Source of the DNA: Candidatus Krumholzibacteriia bacterium | GTDB lineage: Bacteria; Krumholzibacteriota; Krumholzibacteriia; LZORAL124-64-63 | Reading direction: 5' to 3' | NCBI GenBank assembly: GCA_036351155.1 | Contig: JAZBOO010000122.1 | Location: forward strand, 1 to 19,746 | DNA: 19,746 nucleotides | Part shown: one piece after another, positions 1 through 7,888 of the stretch | Numbering within the stretch: position 1 is the first letter of the stretch | How the letters are laid out: each line of letters starts with the position of its first letter | Translations under genes and position numbers: made by a program | The notes under the pieces: generated by a model | The model's database searches: none | What the model was told of the DNA's origin: nothing | The model's input: only the letters and a program-made list of their open reading frames with translations

Positions 1-470
1 AGGTGGACAAGCGGGACAATATGCGTCCCGGTTGGAAATATGCCGAGTGGGAGCGCAAGGGTGTGCCCCTGCGCATGGAGATCGGGCCCCGCGACCTGAA
101 CGACGAGCAGGTGATGATGGCTGCCCGCCACGACCGCAAGAAACAGCCGGTCAAGATCGCCGACCTGGCCACTGCCGTCCCGGCCGAGCTGGACCGCATC
201 CAGCAGGACCTTTACCAGGCGGCCAAGACCCGCCTGGAAGAGGGCACGACCAATATTGACAGCTGGGATGATTTCGAGGCCATGTACAAGGGTGAGGGCG
301 GATTCTCCATGTGCCACTGGTGTGGCGATGGGGATTGTGAAAAGACCATCCAGGACAAGACCAAGGTGACCATCCGGAACATCCCCTTCCAGCGGGACGA
401 GACCCCGGGCACCTGTGTGCACTGTGGAAATCCGTCCATCGGTCGGGTACTGTTCGCCCAGTCGTATTGA
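1..470 (+). CDS. proS: Proline--tRNA ligase, archaeal/eukaryote-like type, 3' part (5'-truncated by window)
   Basis: Anticodon-binding segment RPGWKYAEWERKGVPLRMEIGPRD. C-terminal Zn-binding domain WCGDGDC...TIRNIPF...CVHC ending LFAQSY; the terminal Tyr is typical of this ProRS type. TGA at 468-470. Confidence 0.96.
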   Translation, partial: VDKRDNMRPGWKYAEWERKGVPLRMEIGPRDLNDEQVMMAARHDRKKQPVKIADLATAVPAELDRIQQDLYQAAKTRLEEGTTNIDSWDDFEAMYKGEGGFSMCHWCGDGDCEKTIQDKTKVTIRNIPFQRDETPGTCVHCGNPSIGRVLFAQSY

Positions 471-492
471 GGTCCTGAACCGGGCGGTGATC

Positions 493-2499
493 ATGTCGGC
501 AAAACCCACATACGAAGAACTGGAACGCCGGGTCCAGGAGCTGGAAAAAGCTCTGGATGGGGATGGTGCGAAGGGCCAGGTATTTCCGGATGCCAATCTG
601 GGACAATCCGGGACCTTGCACCGCACCCTGGTCGAAGCGATTCCCGATCTGGTCTGGTTGAAGGATGTGAAGGGTCAGTACATCAGCTGCAACCATGCCT
701 TCGAGCGATTTTTCGGGGCCAAGGAAGCTGAAATCATTGGCATGACCGATTACGATTTCGTTAGCACCGAGATGGCAGACTCGTTCCGGCATCTTGATCG
801 CAAGGTCATGCAGGCCAATTCCCCCCATACGAACGAGGAATGGTTGACTTTTGCCGAGGGGGGCTACCGTGGCCTTTTCGAAACCATCAAGGCGCCTCTT
901 CATGATCCTGAAGGCCGCCTGATCGGGGTGCTGGGCGTTGCCCGAGATATCACCCACCGACAGCAAGCGGAAAAGGATCTGCGCGAAAGCGAGGAACGTT
1001 TCCGCTCGCTCCATAACGCCTCCTTCGGGGGCATCGCCATCCATGACAATGGGGTCATCCTGGAGTGCAACCAGGGGCTGGCGGTGATCAGCGGTTTCTC
1101 GGTGGCCGAGCTGGTGGGGATGGATGGGCTGCAGCTGATCGCCGAACAATCCCGGGACCTGGTGCGGCACAACATCCGCCTCGGATACGAACTGCCCTAC
1201 GATGTGGTGGGGTTGCGCAAGGATGGCAGCGAGTATCCTGCCAGGCTGGAGGGCAAGAACGTCCCCTACAAGGGCCGGCAGGTCCGGACCGTGGAGTTCC
1301 GGGACGTCACCGAGCTCAAGGGTGTCGAAGAGAATCAGAAGCGCCTTCAGGAACAGTTGAATCAGGCCCAGAAAATGGAGTCGGTGGGGCTGCTGGCCGG
1401 AGGCATTGCCCACGATTTCAACAATCTGTTGCAGGTGATCCTGGGCTACGGGGAAATTGTTCGCGAGGGATTGACCTCCGACAGTCCTGTCCACCCTTCC
1501 CTGGACCAGATCATGAAAGCGGGCCATCGCGCCCGGAACCTGATCACTCAGCTCCTGGCCTTCAGCCGTCGTCAGGTCCTCGAAGTGGCCGACGTTGATC
1601 TCAACACCACTGTGGGCGATATGCTCCAGCTGTTGCGCCGCGTCATCGGCGAGCATGTCGAGTTACGCTTTCACCGCGGACACGACCTGGGGGTGGTGCG
1701 GGCTGACAGTGGTCAGATCGGGCAGATTCTCACCAACCTGTGCGTCAACGCCCGCGATGCCATGCCCGGCGGCGGCACGATCACCATCGAAACCGAGAAT
1801 GTGCTGATCGACAGCAGCTATTGCGAATCTCGTTTCTGGGTGGAGCCGGGGCGATATGTTCTGCTGAGCGTGACTGACACCGGTTGCGGCATGGATCATG
1901 CCGTGCAGTCCCAGGCGTTCGAACCCTTCTTCACCACCAAGGAGGTGGGTGAAGGCAGCGGGCTGGGTCTTTCCACGGTGTATGGCCTGGTCAAGCAACA
2001 CCGGGGATTTGTCCATGTCTACAGCGAGGTGGACAAGGGGACCACCTTCAAGATCTACCTTCCTCTGGCCGAACGTCGAGCCGAAACTGTGGGATCCAAG
2101 TTGAAGGGCCCGGTGCGCGTGGGGAATGAAACCATTCTGCTGGCCGAAGATGACCCCATGGTGCGCGATCTCACCTGTACTCTGCTGGAACGCAGCGGGT
2201 ACACGATTCTGGCGGCCGCGGACGGTAACGAGGCCCTGGCGATATTCGAGGAAAACGCAGACCGGATTGACATGCTTCTGCTGGATGTGATCATGCCCGG
2301 CCTGGGCGGACGGGCCGTGTTCGACGCCATTCGTCAGGTCAGACCGGACATCCCGGCTCTCTTTGCCAGCGGGTACAGCATGAATGCCATCCATACTGAT
2401 TTTGTGCTGGACGAGGGACTGACCTTGATCCAGAAACCGGCCGAGCGCGATGAGCTGCTCAGGAAAGTCCGGGAGGTGCTGGACCAGGCCCGCCCTTGA
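493..2499 (+). CDS. Cytoplasmic hybrid sensor histidine kinase (2x PAS, HisKA, HATPase_c, receiver; CckA-like)
   Basis: PAS/PAC segments (LVWLKD...CNHAFE, RDIT, RDVT), H-box LAGGIAHDFNNLL, N-box NLCVNARDAM, G-boxes DTGCGM, FEPFFTTK and GSGLGLS, receiver LLAEDD...LLLDVIMP...KP. No TM helix. Start placed at ATG 493 because the ORF-track start at 415 lies inside proS. Confidence 0.95.
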   Translation: MSAKPTYEELERRVQELEKALDGDGAKGQVFPDANLGQSGTLHRTLVEAIPDLVWLKDVKGQYISCNHAFERFFGAKEAEIIGMTDYDFVSTEMADSFRHLDRKVMQANSPHTNEEWLTFAEGGYRGLFETIKAPLHDPEGRLIGVLGVARDITHRQQAEKDLRESEERFRSLHNASFGGIAIHDNGVILECNQGLAVISGFSVAELVGMDGLQLIAEQSRDLVRHNIRLGYELPYDVVGLRKDGSEYPARLEGKNVPYKGRQVRTVEFRDVTELKGVEENQKRLQEQLNQAQKMESVGLLAGGIAHDFNNLLQVILGYGEIVREGLTSDSPVHPSLDQIMKAGHRARNLITQLLAFSRRQVLEVADVDLNTTVGDMLQLLRRVIGEHVELRFHRGHDLGVVRADSGQIGQILTNLCVNARDAMPGGGTITIETENVLIDSSYCESRFWVEPGRYVLLSVTDTGCGMDHAVQSQAFEPFFTTKEVGEGSGLGLSTVYGLVKQHRGFVHVYSEVDKGTTFKIYLPLAERRAETVGSKLKGPVRVGNETILLAEDDPMVRDLTCTLLERSGYTILAAADGNEALAIFEENADRIDMLLLDVIMPGLGGRAVFDAIRQVRPDIPALFASGYSMNAIHTDFVLDEGLTLIQKPAERDELLRKVREVLDQARP

Positions 2500-3978
2500 T
2501 CAGTGCGCCGGAGTTTCGGATAGTTCGGGAGCCTGGTTGCTCAGATTGACCATCATGAAATCCGAAATACCCAGCAGCGGCTCCCGGGTCAGGTCCAGGG
2601 TATACTGCTCGGACCTGGACAGTTTTTCCCCGTGCTTGTCCCGACTGATCCTGACCACCGGTCGGTCCCAGTTCCCCGATTTGGCCACCACGAATCCCCG
2701 TTCCCCGCTGGTCAGGATGATTTCGCTTCCCACGGGATACAACCCGATGGCCCGGATCAGGGCCGAAATGGCATTGGGATTGAAGGCCGTGCGGTCCTTC
2801 AGGATGATCTCGAAGGCCCGGCGAGGAGACATGGGCGGTTTGTAAGGACGGGCGGCGGTCAGGGCTTCGAACACGTCGCAGACCTGGATGAGGCCGGCGA
2901 TGGGGCTGGGGGTGACCCAGTCCGGCACCTGGGGGTAGCCGCCTCCGTCGTGGCGAATGTGGTGACCCCACGCTCCCGCCACCACCAGAGGGCTGGCGTC
3001 CCCCTTGGCCAGCAGAATCTGGGCGCCCACGGCGGCGTGCATCTCGGCGATCTTGAGTTCCTCGGCGGTCAGGCGACCGGGTTTGTAGAGGATCTCATCG
3101 GGCACCTTGGCCTTGCCGATGTCATGCAGCAATCCTGCCGTCGCCAGTTCGGGCAACATTTCCTCGGGCCATCCCATCTCCCTGCCTACCGTCAGGGCCA
3201 GGGTGGACACGCGCACCGAATGCCCCACGGTGTAGCTGTCATAGTCCGGGTAGCGCATGAGGTTCATCACATCCAGGGTTTCCCTGTCCGACACGTTGAA
3301 CAGTTCCTCGCCGATCTCCCGGGAATGGTCGATGTCCAGATCCTTGTCGGTGGAGATGTGGATGTTGTTGGTGGTGGCCGTGTCGTACATGGACTGGAAA
3401 ATGGGCAGCAGCGGGGTCAGTTCCTTGGACAGGGTGTTGCGTACTTCCTCGTCGTCGCCGGCCTCGAAATCATCGAGGCGGTCGAGGTCGAACTGGATCA
3501 GGCCGGGGTCAATGCTGACCACCTGGTCGTTCTCGTATTCCTCCCGGGTGATGCCTTCCCGGTAGTGGGGGGAAAGCTCGATGTTGACGATTCCGTGGGA
3601 CGCCAGCAAGGAGGCGGCTTCGCTCAACTTGGCGCACTTGTCCTTGTGCTTGGCGGCCAGGGTGAAGAACGAGGCCACCTCGTCGGGCTGCAAACCCCGG
3701 CGGAACAAAAATCCGCCGCAGCCCAGAACTCCCGCAAAATCGATGAGCGGTTTGCCGGCAATACTGGGCCCCACCAGGTACTTCCCCTGGTGAATGAATT
3801 TGCCATTCAGTATGCCGAAGAAGAAACCGGTGTCGCCCCGCTCATTGAGCAGGGCGGTGAGCTGACGGGTGAAATCTTCACCCAGGGATTTCACCTTGGG
3901 ATGATCGCCGAAATACAGACGCCTCTGGGTGATACCCGTGGACAGGAGCATGATGAGGTCGCTGAAGCTGTAGGTCAT
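2500..3978 (-). CDS. HD-GYP domain cyclic-dinucleotide phosphodiesterase with an uncharacterised N-terminal domain
   Basis: Motifs YTVGHSVRV, LLHDIGK, ILYKPGRLT, HHIRHDGGGYP, CDVFEALTAARPYK and the common C-terminal GLYPVGS...GERGFVV...RPVVR extension. ATG at 3978 has a GGAGGT SD and overlaps the upstream stop (ATGA). Confidence 0.92.
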   Translation of the reverse strand: MTYSFSDLIMLLSTGITQRRLYFGDHPKVKSLGEDFTRQLTALLNERGDTGFFFGILNGKFIHQGKYLVGPSIAGKPLIDFAGVLGCGGFLFRRGLQPDEVASFFTLAAKHKDKCAKLSEAASLLASHGIVNIELSPHYREGITREEYENDQVVSIDPGLIQFDLDRLDDFEAGDDEEVRNTLSKELTPLLPIFQSMYDTATTNNIHISTDKDLDIDHSREIGEELFNVSDRETLDVMNLMRYPDYDSYTVGHSVRVSTLALTVGREMGWPEEMLPELATAGLLHDIGKAKVPDEILYKPGRLTAEELKIAEMHAAVGAQILLAKGDASPLVVAGAWGHHIRHDGGGYPQVPDWVTPSPIAGLIQVCDVFEALTAARPYKPPMSPRRAFEIILKDRTAFNPNAISALIRAIGLYPVGSEIILTSGERGFVVAKSGNWDRPVVRISRDKHGEKLSRSEQYTLDLTREPLLGISDFMMVNLSNQAPELSETPAH

Positions 3979-6032
3979 GAGTGGACCTCCTGCCTGGGAG
4001 CTTCGGTGTGGCTCGGAGGTGGGGGCGGGGCAATGGATTTGTCCGGAGACCCACCAGGCTTCCCACGATAGTGAAGACGTTCCTTGAGCTGGCCGAGGGC
4101 CAGGTCGGCCGCCTCCCGCGCCTGCAGCGGCCAGCTGGCCAGCACCATGTATTTCTTTTCCTGAGTGATCTCCTGAAGTACACCAATGGCCGACTCGCGT
4201 CCAAGGCGTCCCAGCCATTCAATGGCCGGCACGACCCAGTCCTCCTCCATGTAGTCCCAGTGGAGATCAGAAAGGGCTTCGATCAGGATTTCCGGAGCCA
4301 GTTCGGCCAGTGCGGAATGGATGGTTTCCTCGACTCCTTGATCCAGGATGGCATGATAAATGGCCCGGTTGATGGGCAGGTACTCGTCCATGACCTCGAG
4401 CAGGACGGCCGACAGCTTGTGAGGAGCCTGCCGGACCAGGTGGTCATGAAGAAGGGGACCGAACACGCCCGAAAGGGACGATCCCACCAGCACCTTGTGC
4501 ACGGAATAAAGCAGGGGAGCGGGCGGCTGGAAAATGGAAACAGCCACGTTTTTTTCCAGCATGGCCGGCAAGTTTTCCAGCCGGACGATGATGTCGTGAT
4601 TGCCCAGGGCCCCTACCTGGGACACGGCCTCCAGGAGCAAAAGGAATTCGATCCGCCGCGGCCCGGTCATTCCCAGCAGGAGATCGTTGACCAGGAACGG
4701 CCAGGCTCGGTCCCTTCCCCGGGCATTCAGCTCCTGCCAGATTTCCCACCAGAGGTCGGCCATCAGGTCGGGATGGGAGCGGTGCAGAGGCCCCCAGACC
4801 ATGGGCCAGGTGCGGTCCAGGACCTCGTCGGGGAGATGCATCAGCAGGGCACGGCAGGTGTTGACCACATCCAGGCGTAGCTGGGCTGTCACCTTGGGCC
4901 GGGTCAGAATGCGCAGGATGGTTTCTTCGATGCCCGAAACCAGTTCCTCCGTGGGAGCCAGATCCATGAGCTGGACACAGATGGCCAGGCAATCGCCCCC
5001 GGCCTGGTCCCGAGGATCGGGGTGGGGGCCGTAGACAGGGGCCAGATTATCGACAATTTCCCGCATCTCCTGCTGGCTCATGATCAGTTTCTTGCGGGAA
5101 TCGTTGCGTGTACCCTTCTGGTCCTTGCCGATCATCTTGGGTTGTACCCGCTTGCGGGCCAGCTTGCGCGAGTCCTTCTGCAACCGGGCAAAAACCAGAT
5201 CCACCAGTTCGGGGTCACCGGTCACTTCCAGAGCACTCTGGGCCTGGGCGATCAGGTGCTGCAGGTTCATGAGATCGCTGCCGGTTCCCGCCAGAGCTTC
5301 CAGCACCTTCTCGATGGCTTCAAGAGTTTCCTCGGGGAGCCACTGATCGGGGGCCGACTCTCCGTCAGAACCGGTCTTCAACCGCGTGGGGTCCGCGGTG
5401 GCCATGATCCCCTGGATGATCCCCACGAACTCTTTTTCCAGCTTCTGGGCCGCCGGAGAGTTGGACATCAGGAGCTCGGAAATCATGTTGTGCTCGAAGA
5501 AGGTGACCTCCGGGGCCTTGCGGCGCGGGGGAGGTTTTGGCTGGGGGTGCGCCTCGGTGTGGGTTTTCAGGAAGAGGCTACGATTCAGAATCCTGACCGT
5601 GTCGGGCAGGCCCTTGATCTCGATTTCCTGGTAGGTGCGGCTGCCCGAGATGGCGTTGCGGGCCTTCTTCAACGAGGCCAGAGCCAGGTGCAGGTGATCG
5701 CTGGTGGCGGTGGCGTCGATCTCCACCAGGGCGATATGCAGGGGGTCCAGCAGGTCGAAAAGCCGCCGAGCTTCCACCGCGGACTGAGAGAGGTGGCCCT
5801 TGTCCAGCATCAGGCCTTCAGCGGTCACGAAGAGTTCCAGCTTGGGACGGCCCCTGATCACTTCCAGCAAGCTCTGGGCGCATTCCCGGGCCACCGCCTG
5901 AAAACGCTCATGGCTGGGCTGGTAGTAGGAACCGATGGTCAGCAGCCGGTCCAGACCCCCGCAGAAGGCGCGTTCAGCATCGCCCATGTCCTGGTGCTGG
6001 GTCTGATCGGGACTGTTGGTTGTCCTGGTCAT
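3975..6032 (-). CDS. Large alpha-helical hypothetical protein with C-terminal HEAT/PBS-lyase-like repeat
   Basis: Long ORF with Leu/Glu/Ala-rich amphipathic helices. C-terminal VVPAIEWLGRLGRESAIGVLQEI...AREAADLAL resembles HEAT repeats. The stop overlaps the HD-GYP start. Start is uncertain (ATG 6032 chosen; 6089 possible). Confidence 0.8.
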   Translation of the reverse strand: MTRTTNSPDQTQHQDMGDAERAFCGGLDRLLTIGSYYQPSHERFQAVARECAQSLLEVIRGRPKLELFVTAEGLMLDKGHLSQSAVEARRLFDLLDPLHIALVEIDATATSDHLHLALASLKKARNAISGSRTYQEIEIKGLPDTVRILNRSLFLKTHTEAHPQPKPPPRRKAPEVTFFEHNMISELLMSNSPAAQKLEKEFVGIIQGIMATADPTRLKTGSDGESAPDQWLPEETLEAIEKVLEALAGTGSDLMNLQHLIAQAQSALEVTGDPELVDLVFARLQKDSRKLARKRVQPKMIGKDQKGTRNDSRKKLIMSQQEMREIVDNLAPVYGPHPDPRDQAGGDCLAICVQLMDLAPTEELVSGIEETILRILTRPKVTAQLRLDVVNTCRALLMHLPDEVLDRTWPMVWGPLHRSHPDLMADLWWEIWQELNARGRDRAWPFLVNDLLLGMTGPRRIEFLLLLEAVSQVGALGNHDIIVRLENLPAMLEKNVAVSIFQPPAPLLYSVHKVLVGSSLSGVFGPLLHDHLVRQAPHKLSAVLLEVMDEYLPINRAIYHAILDQGVEETIHSALAELAPEILIEALSDLHWDYMEEDWVVPAIEWLGRLGRESAIGVLQEITQEKKYMVLASWPLQAREAADLALGQLKERLHYRGKPGGSPDKSIAPPPPPSHTEAPRQEVHS

Positions 6033-6186
6033 GATTCGGGTAAGCTCCCGTACTGGGCGAAGTCGGGTGAAATCCTGCTCTCGATACATTGTCGACTAGT
6101 TTAGCCCGACTTTTACCGGAATCTTTCGCCAGGGCCCTTGACCTACTATCTTGTGCGCAAGTCAACTACTTCAAGGAGGCCGAGTC

Positions 6187-7092
6187 ATGAAGACTCCCTG
6201 GTCAGATCAAGAGGTCAAAGAGCAGTTCAAGCACAAGATCGGCCTGGCCGAGATGCTCAAGGGCGGCGTCATCATGGACGTCACCAATGCGGAGCAGGCC
6301 AAGGTTGCCGAGGAAGCCGGAGCCGTGGCGGTCATGGCGCTTGAACGCATCCCCTCGGATATCCGGAAGATGGGCGGCATCGCCCGGATGTCCCAGCCGG
6401 GCATGATCCGCAATATCCAAGAAGCCGTGTCCATTCCGGTCATGGCCAAGGTGCGTATCGGTCATTTCGCGGAGGCCCAGGTGCTCCAGGCCCTGGGTGT
6501 CGATTTCATCGACGAATCCGAGGTGCTGACACCAGCCGACCAGAAGAACCACATCTACAAGCACGACTTCAAGGTGCCCTTCGTCTGTGGCTGCCGCAAT
6601 CTGGGTGAAGCCCTGCGCAGGATCGGCGAGGGTGCCGCCATGATGCGCACCAAGGGTGAGGCCGGCAGCGGAGACATCGTCGAGGCCGTGACTCACATGC
6701 GTGAGGTCCAGGACGGCATCCGCCGGCTGCGGATGCTGCCCGAGGATGAACTGATGGCCGAGGCGAAGAACCTGGGCGCGCCTTACCACGTGCTGGTCGA
6801 GACGGCCGAGCTGGGCAAGCTGCCCGTGCCGAACTTTGCCGCCGGCGGCATTGCCACGCCCACCGATGCGGCATTGATGATGCAGCTGGGTGCCGAGACG
6901 GTGTTTGTCGGCAGTGGCATTTTCGCCAGCGAGGATCCTGCCCCGCGGGCCAAGGCCATTGTCGAGGCGGTGACCTATTTCGATGACCCCAAGAAGCTGA
7001 TGGAAATTTCCATGGAGCTGGGTGAGGCCATGAAGGGCCGGGCGGTCAACGAGATGGACGACAGCGAAAAGATGGCCGGCCGCGGCTGGTAG
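6187..7092 (+). CDS. pdxS: Pyridoxal 5'-phosphate synthase, synthase subunit PdxS
   Basis: Signature motifs [59 protein letters not shown] and FAAGGIATP, with C-terminal RGW. AAGGAGG SD before ATG 6187. Confidence 0.98.
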   Translation: MKTPWSDQEVKEQFKHKIGLAEMLKGGVIMDVTNAEQAKVAEEAGAVAVMALERIPSDIRKMGGIARMSQPGMIRNIQEAVSIPVMAKVRIGHFAEAQVLQALGVDFIDESEVLTPADQKNHIYKHDFKVPFVCGCRNLGEALRRIGEGAAMMRTKGEAGSGDIVEAVTHMREVQDGIRRLRMLPEDELMAEAKNLGAPYHVLVETAELGKLPVPNFAAGGIATPTDAALMMQLGAETVFVGSGIFASEDPAPRAKAIVEAVTYFDDPKKLMEISMELGEAMKGRAVNEMDDSEKMAGRGW

Positions 7093-7112
7093 CACTTATT
7101 GCCATGAAACTG

Positions 7113-7143
7113 GGCCCGGGAGACGTCTGTCCTCCGGGCCTTT
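7113..7143 (+). other. Intergenic GC-rich hairpin between pdxS and pdxT (weak terminator or mRNA-stabilising stem-loop)
   Basis: GGCCCGG (7113-7119) pairs with CCGGGCC (7134-7140), extended by GAC/GTC. It is followed by only TTT. Confidence 0.45.
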
Positions 7144-7157
7144 CCGGAGAATCCCCG

Positions 7158-7748
7158 ATGAAACCCATGGGCTTGCTGACCCTGCAGGGCGACTACGAGA
7201 AACATCGTCGGTCTTTTCATGCGCTCGGTGTGGAAACCCGGAATGTCCGGCGTCCCGAGGAGCTGGACGGAATATCCGGTCTGGTGATTCCCGGGGGTGA
7301 ATCCACCACCTTGACCCGTCTGGTGGACAGGGTGGGATTGCGCCACCCTCTGAAAGAATTTGCCGCCAACCACCCCGTCATGGGCACCTGTGCCGGATTG
7401 ATCATGATGGCCTCGCGGCTGGTGGATGAGGACCAGGAAGATTTCGGAGTGGATCCGCTCGGTATCATGGATGTCGAGGTCCTGCGCAACGGGTATGGTC
7501 GGCAGATCGATTCCTTCACCGCGCCGGTGGCCATCGATATCCTGGACGGTTCGGTCGAACCTTTCCCGGCTGTGTACATCAGGGCCCCACGCATCGTGAA
7601 AGTCGGGGAAGGGGTGGATGTGGTGATCCGTCACGGGGATGAGCCGGTGGCCGTCCGGGCGGGTCATCATCTGGCCTTCACCTTTCATCCCGAATTGACC
7701 GATGATCTGCGCTTGCACCAGGCTTTTCTGGCCATGGCCTCCTCCTGA
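7158..7748 (+). CDS. pdxT: Pyridoxal 5'-phosphate synthase, glutaminase subunit PdxT
   Basis: Motifs LQGD, PGGESTT, GTCAGLI (catalytic Cys), RNGYGRQIDSF, IRAP and FHPELT (His-x-Glu). GGAGA SD before ATG 7158. Adjacent to pdxS. Confidence 0.97.
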   Translation: MKPMGLLTLQGDYEKHRRSFHALGVETRNVRRPEELDGISGLVIPGGESTTLTRLVDRVGLRHPLKEFAANHPVMGTCAGLIMMASRLVDEDQEDFGVDPLGIMDVEVLRNGYGRQIDSFTAPVAIDILDGSVEPFPAVYIRAPRIVKVGEGVDVVIRHGDEPVAVRAGHHLAFTFHPELTDDLRLHQAFLAMASS

Positions 7749-7888
7749 GATTCTCCGGGGGAAATGCCTGAACACGGTTCCTTTCCGGCGGTTTTTCCTG
7801 TAAATTGATAAGGGCGGTGAGGTCTACCCCGAACGGACCTTCCCGGCACTTGTGGGCATGGCGAAAATATCGATCCAAAGGAAGCACG

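Noticed and set aside
151..1656. 501-aa minus-strand ORF (similarly 1663-2394)
   Set aside because: Antisense shadow of proS and the histidine kinase. Long stop-free antisense frames are expected with high GC3, and there are no motifs.
3979..4218. 80-aa N-terminal extension of the HD-GYP ORF in the ORF track
   Set aside because: It overlaps the upstream gene. ATG 3978 has a strong SD and an ATGA overlap.
2632..6104. Plus-strand ORFs 2632-4071, 3981-4880 and 5022-6104
   Set aside because: Antisense to the HD-GYP gene and its partner, which have motifs, an SD and translational coupling.
7749..7888. Possible riboswitch or terminator between pdxT and the lipoprotein (AGGTC/GACCT stem; imperfect CCGG...CCGG before a T-run)
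   Set aside because: The stems are short or imperfect and I see no known aptamer consensus (e.g. c-di-GMP-I), so there is too little support.
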